Assembly: GCA_003552925.1 (NCBI GenBank)
Contig: PUOX01000057.1
Span: forward strand, 34 to 64,033
Reading direction: 5' to 3'
DNA from: Mollicutes bacterium
GTDB taxonomy: Bacteria; Bacillota_I; Bacilli_A; Izemoplasmatales; Izemoplasmataceae
DNA: 64,000 bases
In this document: in pieces, positions 55,256 to 64,000 of the stretch
Numbering within the stretch: position 1 is the stretch's first letter
Layout: each line of letters opens with the position of its first letter
Notes under the pieces: generated by a model
Databases searched by the model: none
Seen by the model: the letters and a program-made list of their open reading frames with translations, nothing else
Told to the model about the DNA's origin: nothing
Position numbers and translations under genes: made by a program

Positions 55256-57100
55256 ATGAAGCGTATATCAACAACTTTCTTGCTTGGACTGATTTTGACG
55301 CTGATTGTCGCTTGCGGCGGCGTGGACGATGAGACGAGAATCGAAGACGCGTTAAGCGAATTGGACTATCTCGAAGAAGACCATGAAGAAGCGCCTGATT
55401 TTCCTGATGGAATCGGCGGCGTGGACATTGAATGGCGCTTTTTCGACAAGCATATCTTGCACCCCGAAGGCTTTTTGAACCGTCCTGTCGCTAGCGGCGG
55501 CGAAGAAGAAGTTACGGTAGAAGCCACGCTAACCTACAACGACACCACACGCGAAGAGTCCTTTTCGCTTTCCATCCTGCCGCGTGCGCCTTTGAATGTC
55601 GAGGGCATGGAAAGCGTTCCACTTGAGGATTTGGCGAATGAATACACCGTGAAAGGCGATGCGATGGACATCTACACGATGGAAGACCTTGCAACGCCTT
55701 ATGTCGACGTTTTGGATTTTTTAAAGACGCTAGACGGCGCCATCCGTTACGAAGAACTTGAATTTGAGGAAAACGAGGATACGTTGACAATCTATTACGA
55801 AGAAACTTTTGAAGAAGACGAGGAATTTGACGACGAGCTTTACGAAATGACGCTCGATTTTGAGGAAAACACGTTGCGCGTCAATCGCTACGGTTTCTTC
55901 GCTTCGCTTTCGGAGGAGACCGAAACCGATTTTGGCGAAGGCTTGGAGGTTGTCGATTATGAAGTGGAACTGCAAGACGACGTGGTCATCGATTTGAGCG
56001 ACTACCGCTTTGAACTTCATGATGATGACGCTTACCTCATGCCCTTTCATTTGGCGAACCTGCTCTTCTCGGGCAATATGTTCGATGCGTATTATAACGG
56101 TGAAAAGGTCTTCGGCGTAGACACCTATCAAATCATGGACAACATCGGATTGCATGTTTTGAACGATTCGTACTGGAACGACGAGACGATGCACAAAGAC
56201 ATGCGCTACGACACATTCAACCATCTCGCGCTTTCCTTTGACCATTTTTACGGTTTGAAAGAAGACTATGAAGTGGAAAGCTATTATGAAGAATTTCTTC
56301 CTTACTTCGAGGACATCATGAGCGAAGACGCCACAACACATTACGATGCGCTCTTTGATTTGGCGCTCGATGCCGACGATCCGCATACGTCTTACGTGCG
56401 AAGCGGACCTTTCGATCCGCACCATTCGCCCACCGTCGACCAATTAGAACAACTTGGCGAACGCACCCGCGCTTTCAACGAGTTCATGATTTCCCATATG
56501 GAACACTGTGGAATGATGCCGGAAAAAGACACCCACAACAATCTCGGCGTCATTCGTCTCGACGGCTTTGACGAAGATACTCCGGGTCTCGTCGAAGAGT
56601 ATCTGGATGCGTTTGAAGACGATGCGGAGATCGATTCGGTTGTGTTTGACTTCACCTGCAACACGGGCGGCGTGCTTGGCGCGGTCTATCAAATCGTCGG
56701 CTTCATGACCGATGAAAACATCGAGCATTATAGCCGCAACGCCGGAGACGGCTCACAGTCCGTCCTCACCTACACTTCAGAAAACGAAGCCTACGACTTC
56801 GAGTTTTACATCAAAACCTCTCCCGCCACCTATAGCGCGGCCAATTTTATGGTTTCCATCGCCAAGGACATGGACATTGCGACCATCGTCGGCACGTCTT
56901 CGCAAGGCGGAGCGGCTTCGGTCACCACCAACATCACCCCCGCTGGGTCCATCTTTGTGATGAGCAGCGACAACATTCTCACTAACATGGACCACGAAAG
57001 CATCGAACTGGGCCTCTCGCCGCACATTGAGTTGAGCGAAAACGACTTAGACAGCAACCTTGCCCTTTATGAAGCTATCCGAGATTATGAGAACGATTGA
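55256..57100 (+). CDS. acidic lipoprotein with C-terminal S41 (tail-specific protease)-like domain
   Basis: Lipobox LILTLIVACGG. VVFDFTCNTGGVLGAV resembles the S41 D.R.N.GG motif, and SPATYSAAN matches the nucleophile context. Confidence 0.55.
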   Translation: MKRISTTFLLGLILTLIVACGGVDDETRIEDALSELDYLEEDHEEAPDFPDGIGGVDIEWRFFDKHILHPEGFLNRPVASGGEEEVTVEATLTYNDTTREESFSLSILPRAPLNVEGMESVPLEDLANEYTVKGDAMDIYTMEDLATPYVDVLDFLKTLDGAIRYEELEFEENEDTLTIYYEETFEEDEEFDDELYEMTLDFEENTLRVNRYGFFASLSEETETDFGEGLEVVDYEVELQDDVVIDLSDYRFELHDDDAYLMPFHLANLLFSGNMFDAYYNGEKVFGVDTYQIMDNIGLHVLNDSYWNDETMHKDMRYDTFNHLALSFDHFYGLKEDYEVESYYEEFLPYFEDIMSEDATTHYDALFDLALDADDPHTSYVRSGPFDPHHSPTVDQLEQLGERTRAFNEFMISHMEHCGMMPEKDTHNNLGVIRLDGFDEDTPGLVEEYLDAFEDDAEIDSVVFDFTCNTGGVLGAVYQIVGFMTDENIEHYSRNAGDGSQSVLTYTSENEAYDFEFYIKTSPATYSAANFMVSIAKDMDIATIVGTSSQGGAASVTTNITPAGSIFVMSSDNILTNMDHESIELGLSPHIELSENDLDSNLALYEAIRDYEND

Positions 57101-57125
57101 CAAGAAATACTTGGGACATTGAATG

Positions 57126-57158
57126 AAAAAGGCAACACGGATTTCCGTGTTGCCTTTT
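57126..57158. terminator. bidirectional terminator between convergent genes
   Basis: AAAAAGGCAACACGG-attt-CCGTGTTGCCTTTT hairpin. Confidence 0.85.
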
Positions 57159-57174
57159 GCGTATCGAGAACAGC

Positions 57175-59937
57175 TTAATCGTTGCCCAGCAGGTAAATGG
57201 CGTAAATTTTCAATGCATGGCTTAGGTTGGTTATGGTAATGGTATATTCCCCTTCGATGCCCAAATCCCTAAAGCTTTCACTCGCCATGGTGGTGCCGAG
57301 GTCGCTTACGGTCAAGGTTACTTCGTCCGCTTCGCCTTCGTTGATGATAATGTCGAACGAACGCCCGCCGCCAAAGGCCATGGCGTCGATGTCGATGCGG
57401 TCGAGACCGCCTTCAAGCGTGGCGGTGATGGACGACATAGGTGCGGTTGGGCGTATTTGCACAAAGTCTCCCGAACCGTCGGATCCTTTACTCATGTCCA
57501 CATAGGTCCATTCGATGCCGCTGTCGCCCTCAATGGTTCCTGAATCATCGTAAGAGAAGTTTTCGATGCCTGCGAACGTTTCTTCATAAGCCCATACGAG
57601 GGGTTCGGCCAAAACGGTGACGTAGAAATCGTAGGTGAAGTTGATGCCGCCGTTTGTGACGGTTGCGGTCAGCATGACGGTTTCATCGTCTTCACCGGCG
57701 GCAGGTTGATGAACCGTACCGTCGTTTTCGATGACGTCGGTGTTGTCAGAAGCCCAAGCAACATCCAAAGCCCAATCAAAGATGTTGTATTCTGTTGGCA
57801 GGATTAAATCGACAGCGGTTTCCATAGGAGGCATTAACGCCCATGCCAAGTATTTTTCCAAACTGTTTTCGTTGGCCAAAGAATAGATGACGATGTCGTC
57901 AAGGATCAAATCGGCGCGACCGCTTGGGTTGTCGCCCGGAATCGCGATGCCGAAGCGGATGTAGGCGGCGTCTGCCAAATCCGCTTCAAAGCGGAACGAT
58001 TGCGCAGAGGTGGTCAGTTCGTAGATGGTCTCATGCCATGTGTCTCCATCCATAGAGTAAGCGACCGACAAGGCGATACCTTCGGCTCCGGCACGTTTCG
58101 CGTTAAACGTAATCATGCGCAAATCGTCGACCGTGAATTCGCTGGTGATTGTCCCTAAATTTTCGGGTGCGCTTGTGTACCAACGCATTTGTGCGGATTG
58201 GTTGCCGGAGATGGTGTTGTTGGTCGAAGGGGTTCCGTAGTAGAACGTCCAAGTGTAAGGCGCCATGCCTTCTTCTTCGATGGTGGACATATAGTTTGTC
58301 CGTGCGGTGAAGCCTTCGTGACTTTCAAATCCGGTGTGGTAAGTGGAGAGGAGTTGTTCGTAAACGTCGATCGTGATTTCTTCAGTGAGAATGGCTTCGT
58401 CTTCTATCAGGTCGTAAAGCTCGAAGGTGATGGTGTACTGGCCTTTTTCGGAGAAGGTAGTCTCAAATAACGTAACTTCATCATAATCAGCGGGCAGCTC
58501 GAAACCGCCGGGAGGTCCCCAGTATCCGATTGAAGCGACGTCGTGCCAATTTTGTTTGCTGTCCTCGGCCATCAAAGTAAGTGTACCGGGTCCGCTGTAG
58601 GAAACGTTAAAACGCACACTGTCGTACCCTAAATGGTAAACGGTTTCGCTCCACAAACGTACAGAGAATTCTTCCATGTTGTCTTCCATAAACATGATGT
58701 CGTCAATGTCGTAATCAAAAGCGTACACGCTATGGGCCTCACGAACTTCAACGACAATCTCTTCAACCAGTATGGCTTCCTCGGCGTTTAAGTCGTAAAG
58801 TTCAAAGGTGATGGTGTATTCGCCTTCTTCGTCAAAAGTGGCTTCAAACGTGGTTGTGGCGCTATAGTCTTTAGGCAGCTCAAACCCGCCGGATGGTCCC
58901 CAGTGGCCGATTTCAGCGACGTCGTACCAGTTTTGTTCACTGTCTTCAGCCATCAAAGTCAGCGTGCCGGGTCCGGTGTAGGCAACGTTGAAACGAACGC
59001 TGTCATAGCCGAAGGTACGCTCAACAAGTGGTTGCAGCGTTATATCAACTTCTTCGGCAATGTTCACGAAAAAGTCCGTCTCGTCCACATCATGCACAAA
59101 CTCGTACTCGCTGGCAATGGCCTCAACCTCTATGGTGATGGTTTCTTCGAGGATTGTTATGTCGGTGGTCAGTTGCACCAAGGCGATTTCGATGGTGTGT
59201 TCGCCCGGTTTTTCGAAAATGAGTTCAAAGTCAGTGGTGGCTTCGTAATCTCTTGCCATATAGAAGCCATCTTCAGGTCCCCAGTAGCCAATTGAAGCGA
59301 CGTCATGCATTTTTCCTTCGCTGTCTTCGGCATACATCTCAACGTCACCGGGGCCGGTGATGTCGATGTTGAAGCGGACGTTGTCGTAGCCTAGATGATG
59401 GATTTCAACCGGCTTGAGTGTGATGGTGGCTACTTGTCCGACTTTGTCTTCGAACGTCAAATCGTCGGCGTTGTGCTCAAACTCGTAAATGGAGTGTTCC
59501 AGCGCTTCCGCCAATTTTCCCGATACTAAATCGATGGTCCATTGTTCTTCATCGTAAGGATACTCCGGGAAGTATTTCAAGTAAATCTCATAGGCGGACA
59601 AGCCGTCGATTCCGTCAACGCCGTCTTGTCCGTCAGTACCGTCTTGTCCGTCGACACCATCTTTTCCATCGGCGCCGTCGATACCGTCTACTCCGTCGGT
59701 GCCATCCGTGCCATCGGTGCCGTCTTGTCCGTCAGCACCCGCCGGGCCTTTCAAGTCGTCGAGCTCCATGAGGTCGATCCATTCGTCGTCACCAACCAAA
59801 CGCCATTGTAAATGCGTATCGGTCGTGCGAAATTCGGGCTCTGCCCCTTCTACGCCATTGTCGCCGTTACAAGCGATGAGTGAAAAAGACAGAAGACCAA
59901 GCAGTAAGGTGAATACAATCATTCTAAATGTTCTCAT
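57175..59937 (-). CDS. collagen-like surface lipoprotein with three tandem ~127-aa domains, jelly-roll-like and Ig-like C-terminal regions
   Basis: Lipobox LLSFSLIAC and a 16-triplet G-X-Y run. The domains are paralogous to one in the 14010..16802 protein. ATG at 59937 follows a GGGAGGA RBS. Confidence 0.8.
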   Translation of the reverse strand: MRTFRMIVFTLLLGLLSFSLIACNGDNGVEGAEPEFRTTDTHLQWRLVGDDEWIDLMELDDLKGPAGADGQDGTDGTDGTDGVDGIDGADGKDGVDGQDGTDGQDGVDGIDGLSAYEIYLKYFPEYPYDEEQWTIDLVSGKLAEALEHSIYEFEHNADDLTFEDKVGQVATITLKPVEIHHLGYDNVRFNIDITGPGDVEMYAEDSEGKMHDVASIGYWGPEDGFYMARDYEATTDFELIFEKPGEHTIEIALVQLTTDITILEETITIEVEAIASEYEFVHDVDETDFFVNIAEEVDITLQPLVERTFGYDSVRFNVAYTGPGTLTLMAEDSEQNWYDVAEIGHWGPSGGFELPKDYSATTTFEATFDEEGEYTITFELYDLNAEEAILVEEIVVEVREAHSVYAFDYDIDDIMFMEDNMEEFSVRLWSETVYHLGYDSVRFNVSYSGPGTLTLMAEDSKQNWHDVASIGYWGPPGGFELPADYDEVTLFETTFSEKGQYTITFELYDLIEDEAILTEEITIDVYEQLLSTYHTGFESHEGFTARTNYMSTIEEEGMAPYTWTFYYGTPSTNNTISGNQSAQMRWYTSAPENLGTITSEFTVDDLRMITFNAKRAGAEGIALSVAYSMDGDTWHETIYELTTSAQSFRFEADLADAAYIRFGIAIPGDNPSGRADLILDDIVIYSLANENSLEKYLAWALMPPMETAVDLILPTEYNIFDWALDVAWASDNTDVIENDGTVHQPAAGEDDETVMLTATVTNGGINFTYDFYVTVLAEPLVWAYEETFAGIENFSYDDSGTIEGDSGIEWTYVDMSKGSDGSGDFVQIRPTAPMSSITATLEGGLDRIDIDAMAFGGGRSFDIIINEGEADEVTLTVSDLGTTMASESFRDLGIEGEYTITITNLSHALKIYAIYLLGND
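58354..59493 (-). repeat. three tandem ~127-aa coding repeats (..GYD.VRFN(I/V)..(T/S)GPG.......AEDS......DVA.IG(Y/H)WGP..GF.......AT..FE..F...GE(H/Y)TI..EL..L)
   Basis: Seen directly in the translation. A fourth, single copy occurs in the plus-strand protein at 15384..15746. Confidence 0.85.
59605..59748 (-). repeat. collagen-like G-X-Y triplet run (16 triplets, mostly G-x-D)
   Basis: GPAGADGQDGTDGTDGTDGVDGIDGADGKDGVDGQDGTDGQDGVDGID. Confidence 0.9.
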
Positions 59938-59985
59938 ACGCAAATCCTCCCTATATATTTGTGCACAGTATCTGTGCGAAGCGCC

Positions 59986-60016
59986 GAAAAGAAAAACGCA
60001 CTAAAAGAAGTGCGTC
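59986..60016 (-). terminator. terminator-like hairpin in the 5' leader of the collagen-like gene
   Basis: Minus strand reads ACGCACT-tctttt-AGTGCGT then TTTTTCTTTT, about 50 nt upstream of the start codon. Confidence 0.5.
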
Positions 60017-60127
60017 TAAATCATGCAACTTTGTGATGTGTTTGTCTTGTTCACGCTAAAAAAAACATCGGCAGCTCTATCCCCTTGCATAACACGCCTC
60101 CACGTCTTGCTTTTGCCCTACAGTTTA

Positions 60128-60155
60128 ATTTTACTCCAAACCCGGTGAAAGTCAA
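60128..60155 (-). promoter_or_regulatory. sigma-A-like promoter for the collagen-like gene
   Basis: Minus strand TTGACT, 16-nt spacer, TAAAAT. This implies a leader of about 180 nt. Confidence 0.4.
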
Positions 60156-60352
60156 GGAGATTTTTAACCGCAAAAATAGCCCTGCTGAGGGGTGGAGGCT
60201 TTTTGTCAAATGTTCAAACAGACCGTTATCAGCGGAAACCCATGGCCAATACTGTTGTCAATAGAGGTTTGGTTCTGTATAATAAACGCGGACAAATGCG
60301 ACGATTTAATCGTTTTTATGATTAATAGCGTATGGTTGGAGGATGGCATTTC

Positions 60353-60628
60353 ATGGAGTATGGGCCCTTTTTGCTGTTTCTTGGAATATTTTCACTACTT
60401 GCGTATGGCATGTATAAGTATTTGCCTCAGAAGCTATATGGAGTCATGTTTCTTTTGATGGGGCTTTACTTTATGTTGTCGATAGGCGTTTTTTTTGTGT
60501 TGCTAATCGCGCAGGGGGCTGTTCCGCACGGCATCTTGTGGCTGAATGCTTCCATGGGGCTGTTTTATGGCGCTGTGGTAACGTTTGTGATGGCCATCAA
60601 GAAACTAAAAAAGCGTAATCGTCGTTGA
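60353..60628 (+). CDS. small three-TM membrane protein
   Basis: GGAGG RBS 9 nt before the ATG at 60353. Hydrophobic helices and a basic C-terminal tail KKLKKRNRR. Confidence 0.5.
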   Translation: MEYGPFLLFLGIFSLLAYGMYKYLPQKLYGVMFLLMGLYFMLSIGVFFVLLIAQGAVPHGILWLNASMGLFYGAVVTFVMAIKKLKKRNRR

Positions 60629-60644
60629 AATCGGTCTTCCGGTT

Positions 60645-61085
60645 TTAAGCGGGACGTTTAAAGATGAGTTCGTCGTCGGCGTATTCGCCGGTGCTTTCAA
60701 AGCCGAACTGGTTGTAAAAACCGATGGCGTAATGGTTGTCGTCGTCTGTGGATAGATAGATGGGTTGATGGGGAAACTCTTTTTCCATCAGCTTGAGCAA
60801 TTGACTCATAGCTTCCTTGGCGTACCCTTTTTTCTGGTGTTTTTCGCCAATCATGAAGCGCATCAGGTAAGGCGAACCGGGATAATCGTCTCCGTGGCAA
60901 TACATTATAAAGCCCACCATGTCTTCATCGGCGTAGATGGCTTTGATGACGCATTCTGGGCGGAAACGACTTTCGGCCAGAGAATAGACGTTCGGCGCGA
61001 CGAAGCGCTGTTGGTCTTTACGGACTTCTAAGTCGATACAGTCGTCGAAGTTGTCGGCGGTGAGGTCCCGCAATGTGATGGTCAT
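60645..61085 (-). CDS. GNAT family N-acetyltransferase (SpeG/diamine acetyltransferase-like)
   Basis: MTITLRDLTADNFDDCIDLEV...RFMIGEKHQKKGYAKEAM. The long upstream in-frame extension to 61523 has no coding character. Confidence 0.8.
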   Translation of the reverse strand: MTITLRDLTADNFDDCIDLEVRKDQQRFVAPNVYSLAESRFRPECVIKAIYADEDMVGFIMYCHGDDYPGSPYLMRFMIGEKHQKKGYAKEAMSQLLKLMEKEFPHQPIYLSTDDDNHYAIGFYNQFGFESTGEYADDELIFKRPA

Positions 61086-61241
61086 GGCATTTTCCTTTCG
61101 TTTGACGTTTCTTTCATTGTACAACAATGTCTTGAAAACCGCACGTTGTTTTAATCTATGAAAACGTATTTGATTGGTGCTTGTCTCTTGTATAAGGGAG
61201 CGCAAATCGCTATAATGGTTTCGGGTTAAGGAGGTACATCC

Positions 61242-62495
61242 ATGAAAGACACAGTGAAAAAAGTTCCGACATTGCCGACGCTTTTGATTATGTCGACGGC
61301 TTATATCGCCGTTTTCAGTAGCGTGCAAGGGTTTAAGGCGATGCTTCCTTTGATTCGCGACGACTTCAACATCACCGGCGCGCAGGCAGGTTTGTATTCG
61401 ACGTTCTTTTATGCAAGCGGTGTGGCGCTGGCAATCTTCAGCGGCCGCATCGTGGACCGCATCGGTCCGCGGAAAGGTTTGATTGGTGGTGTGCTCGCGA
61501 TTGCGGTGTTGATGCTTTTGCATACGCTTTCGCCGTATTTTTTCGTGTTGTTGCTTTTGGCGCTTGTGACCGGCATCGGCTTCAGCATTGTCACGCCCGC
61601 CATCAACAAGGGCATCATCGAGTTGGTCGACCCTGCAAAACGGGCCGTTTCAAACGGCATTGTGCATGCCGGAGGCGGATTGGGCGGTATCCTCGGTTCG
61701 TTGTTGCTGCCGTTGATTGGCGAACACTATAGCTGGAGGGTTTCGCTGTTGGCTTCGGCGAGCATCGCCTTTGTCATGGCGGTGGTGTTGACAAAACTAT
61801 TCCATCCTCGCAACAATAACGGCGAGCAAAATGAAGTTGAAGCGGAAGAAGATCGATCCTTTAAAGCCGACATCAAAGCTGTATTGAGCAACCGTCTGGT
61901 GTTGCTGGTATGCGTGATGGGGCTTGTGCTTGGTCTATCGCTAGGCAATATGACGATTCATTTTACGCTTTTTTTGACCGGTGATTTGGGGTTTAGCCCT
62001 TCCGTTGCAGGAGTAGCGCTCAGCTTGTTCATGTTCGGCGGCATCCTTGGGAATCCGACGATTGGGTTTTTAAACGATAAATTCTTCAACAGCAATCGCC
62101 GCTATGGGCTTACGCTCATCGGTTTGATGATTGCCGTCATGTTTTTCCTCATGGCGTTTGTGGTGTTTCCCCTTCAACCGCCAATTGGCGTGGTCATGGG
62201 GTTCGCTTTTGTGTTTGGCGTTTTCGCCATTGCCGTTTTGGGTATGGTGTTCACAACACTTGGCGATGTGGTTGGCGCAAAATTCATCGGCACGGGCACC
62301 GGGTTATTGCTTGTGTTCATGCGAAGCAGCATGGTGTTCGGCCCGCCCATACTCGGGCATTTCGCCGATGTGACCGGAAATTATCAGCTGAGCTGGGCGA
62401 TTGTTTCAGTCACGGTTTTCCTCTTTTCCCTGTTTTTCTTTGTCAAAACGCACAAGTACCGGCACATGCTTCGCCGGGGAGGGTTCAACGGATAA
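61242..62495 (+). CDS. MFS transporter
   Basis: 12 predicted TM segments and a GRIVDRIGPRK loop 2-3 motif. Confidence 0.85.
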   Translation: MKDTVKKVPTLPTLLIMSTAYIAVFSSVQGFKAMLPLIRDDFNITGAQAGLYSTFFYASGVALAIFSGRIVDRIGPRKGLIGGVLAIAVLMLLHTLSPYFFVLLLLALVTGIGFSIVTPAINKGIIELVDPAKRAVSNGIVHAGGGLGGILGSLLLPLIGEHYSWRVSLLASASIAFVMAVVLTKLFHPRNNNGEQNEVEAEEDRSFKADIKAVLSNRLVLLVCVMGLVLGLSLGNMTIHFTLFLTGDLGFSPSVAGVALSLFMFGGILGNPTIGFLNDKFFNSNRRYGLTLIGLMIAVMFFLMAFVVFPLQPPIGVVMGFAFVFGVFAIAVLGMVFTTLGDVVGAKFIGTGTGLLLVFMRSSMVFGPPILGHFADVTGNYQLSWAIVSVTVFLFSLFFFVKTHKYRHMLRRGGFNG

Positions 62496-62530
62496 AAAGA
62501 ACGCCGATTCGCGGAGAATCGGCGTTTTTC
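62494..62530. terminator. bidirectional terminator
   Basis: AAAAAGAACGCCGATTC-gcgga-GAATCGGCGTTTTT hairpin. Confidence 0.85.
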
Positions 62531-63349
62531 TTACGTTTTGAACATTTGGTCTCGATCGACTTTTCCTTCTAAAATCTTATCGTAGATGGTTTTCAATTTT
62601 TCTTCGTCCAACGAAGCCTTGAATCCTTTGACGCCGAAGAATTGCCTGACATATTCGGTTTTCGGGGCGAACACAAGTTCCTCGGGGGTTCCGATTTGTT
62701 CGATTTTTCCTTTGTTGAAAAGGAGGATGCGGTCGCCGAGCTTCAACGCTTCGTCGATGTCGTGCGTGACGAAGAGAATGGTTTTCTTCAATTTTTTATG
62801 CAAGGATTTCAGTTCGTCTTGAAGTTTTTTGCGGGTGATTTCGTCGACGGCGCCGAAGGGTTCGTCCATCAAGATGATGTCCGGGTCCGCCGCCAAGGCT
62901 CTTGCTACGCCAACGCGCTGGGCTTCGCCGCCGCTCAATTCGCGGGGGTAGCGTTTCAAGTACGATTCGTCCAACCCGACAAGGCGGATGAGCTCTCGCG
63001 CCTTTTCTTTCCAAACGCTTTTCTTGATGCCTTTGACAAAAGGGACGAAGCCGATGTTTCGATCGATTTTCATATGCGGGTATAGCCCGGTTTGCTGGAT
63101 AACGTAGCCGATGGAGCGGCGCAGCTCGATGGTGTTCCAGTCGCTCAGTTTCTTTCCGTGCACCCTAATGACGCCGTCGGAGACGGGAATGAGTTTGTTG
63201 ATCATTTTCAGAAGCGTGGTTTTTCCGCAACCCGAAGCGCCGACCAGCACGACCAGTTCGCCTTCTTCAAGGGAAAAAGAGACGTCCTGCAGCACATCGG
63301 TGCCTTCGGTGTAATGCTTGTAAAGGTTGTTCGCTTCGATGATGGGCAT
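62531..63349 (-). CDS. osmoprotectant (glycine betaine/choline) ABC transporter ATP-binding protein, OpuCA/OpuBA-like
   Basis: GASGCGKTT, LSGGEAQRVGVARAL, ILMDEPFGAVD. The start lies 1 nt after the upstream stop. Confidence 0.9.
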   Translation of the reverse strand: MPIIEANNLYKHYTEGTDVLQDVSFSLEEGELVVLVGASGCGKTTLLKMINKLIPVSDGVIRVHGKKLSDWNTIELRRSIGYVIQQTGLYPHMKIDRNIGFVPFVKGIKKSVWKEKARELIRLVGLDESYLKRYPRELSGGEAQRVGVARALAADPDIILMDEPFGAVDEITRKKLQDELKSLHKKLKKTILFVTHDIDEALKLGDRILLFNKGKIEQIGTPEELVFAPKTEYVRQFFGVKGFKASLDEEKLKTIYDKILEGKVDRDQMFKT

Positions 63350-63350
63350 G

Positions 63351-64000
63351 TTAATCAATCCAGCCTTGTTCACGCATGAAATCCCTTGCGACATCGCCAG
63401 GGTCTTCTTGGCCGATTTCCACGCGGTAGTTCATCTCAATCATCGCCGCATCGTCGATGGCATCAACCAGTTTTGCCAAGGCCGGTTCGATTTCGGGGAA
63501 TTCGTCCAGGATTTCTTGACGAATCAATGTGGCGGCATGATAGGTGATGAAGAACTGCAAGTCGTCTTCTAAGATTTTCAGGTCGTAATGCTGGAGCTGT
63601 CCGTCGGTTGTCCATGATATGATGACGTCGGCTTCTTGGTTGGCGAGGGCGGTGTAGGCGAGGCCGATGTTCATCTCCACAACGTCGTCAAAGGGGTCGG
63701 CGTCGTAACGCTCAAGCAATCCGTCGTAGCCGTCGGAGCGCTCGAAGAAATCGGGATTGGCCGCAAACGTCAATCCTGCTTGCTGTTCAAACAGGTCGCT
63801 GTAGGTTTCGATGCCCATCGCTTCCGCGTCGTCGCGACGCATGGCGATGCCAAAGCCGTTGTTGAATCCGTAACGGTCCATCCAATGGATGTTGAATTCA
63901 TCGGCGTAGGCGGCTTTCACTGCGGCAAAGAGCTCATCAGGATCTTCAATGGGCTCTTCGTCCAGCACGGTGAGCCAGGCGGTCCCGGTGTATTCCGCGT
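63351..64000 (-). CDS. glycine betaine/choline ABC transporter substrate-binding domain protein (5' part outside window)
   Basis: The frame is open to the window edge (...AEYTGTAWLTVLDEE...). The OpuBC/OpuCC-type pattern includes EYTGTAW and DDLQFFITYHAA. Confidence 0.8.
   Translation of the reverse strand, partial: AEYTGTAWLTVLDEEPIEDPDELFAAVKAAYADEFNIHWMDRYGFNNGFGIAMRRDDAEAMGIETYSDLFEQQAGLTFAANPDFFERSDGYDGLLERYDADPFDDVVEMNIGLAYTALANQEADVIISWTTDGQLQHYDLKILEDDLQFFITYHAATLIRQEILDEFPEIEPALAKLVDAIDDAAMIEMNYRVEIGQEDPGDVARDFMREQGWID

Noticed and set aside
59605-59748. Short-period DNA repeats that could be mistaken for a CRISPR or VNTR array (also 14200..14600)
   Set aside because: The periodicity is 9 nt and in frame (G-X-Y triplets), inside long ORFs with signal peptides. 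There are no spacers, no cas genes and no leader.
59938-60155. Assigning the surface-protein leaders to a named riboswitch class (c-di-GMP-I/II)
   Set aside because: I could not find the conserved GEMM motifs (such as the ACGCAAAGC-type segments) by eye. A GGCAAAAGC stretch alone is insufficient, so the element is reported only as an unclassified leader.
1-64000. Mobile elements, integrases, toxin-antitoxin pairs, restriction-modification or other canonical defence systems, tRNA/rRNA genes
   Set aside because: I read through all ORFs of 60 aa or more on both strands and the intergenic regions. None shows transposase/integrase/Cas/REase-type motifs, inverted terminal repeats or tRNA-like cloverleaf sequence.

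Overview
This 64 kb chromosomal window is densely packed with about 60 protein-coding genes and has no recognisable rRNA, tRNA, CRISPR array, transposase or integrase. GGAGG-type RBSs, lipobox signal peptides and DHHW/DUF4358/MBOAT genes point to a Bacillota-like (low-GC Gram-positive type) organism. The strongly D/E-rich secreted proteins and several osmolyte importers (BCCT, OpuC-like ABC) suggest a salt-adapted lifestyle. Recognisable blocks, in order: an ABC-2 exporter with a MalT/LuxR STAND regulator; a Crp/Fnr, membrane 4Fe-4S protein and cupin group; a BCCT transporter flanked by GNATs; a giant acidic lipoprotein with an embedded trypsin-like protease; a two-gene encapsulin nanocompartment operon (EncFtn cargo plus family-1 shell); a GntR-controlled amino-sugar/tagatose pathway served by an ascorbate (Ula/Sga)-type PTS; a two-component system with a DUF4358-MBOAT-DHHW O-acylation module; a compact minus-strand operon encoding a Ddl-like ATP-grasp ligase fused to an apparently metal-less M20 peptidase-like domain, a leaderless gamma-glutamyltransferase and an N-formylglutamate-amidohydrolase-family enzyme; a roughly 1,380-codon repeat-rich surface-protein frame interrupted by one in-frame TGA; many small membrane proteins; S9 and S41 peptidases; and a collagen-like surface protein paralogous to the first. 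The best candidate for an undescribed system is the ATP-grasp/pseudo-M20 + GGT + FGase operon. All calls rest on reading the ORF translations and DNA by eye; no database searches were run.
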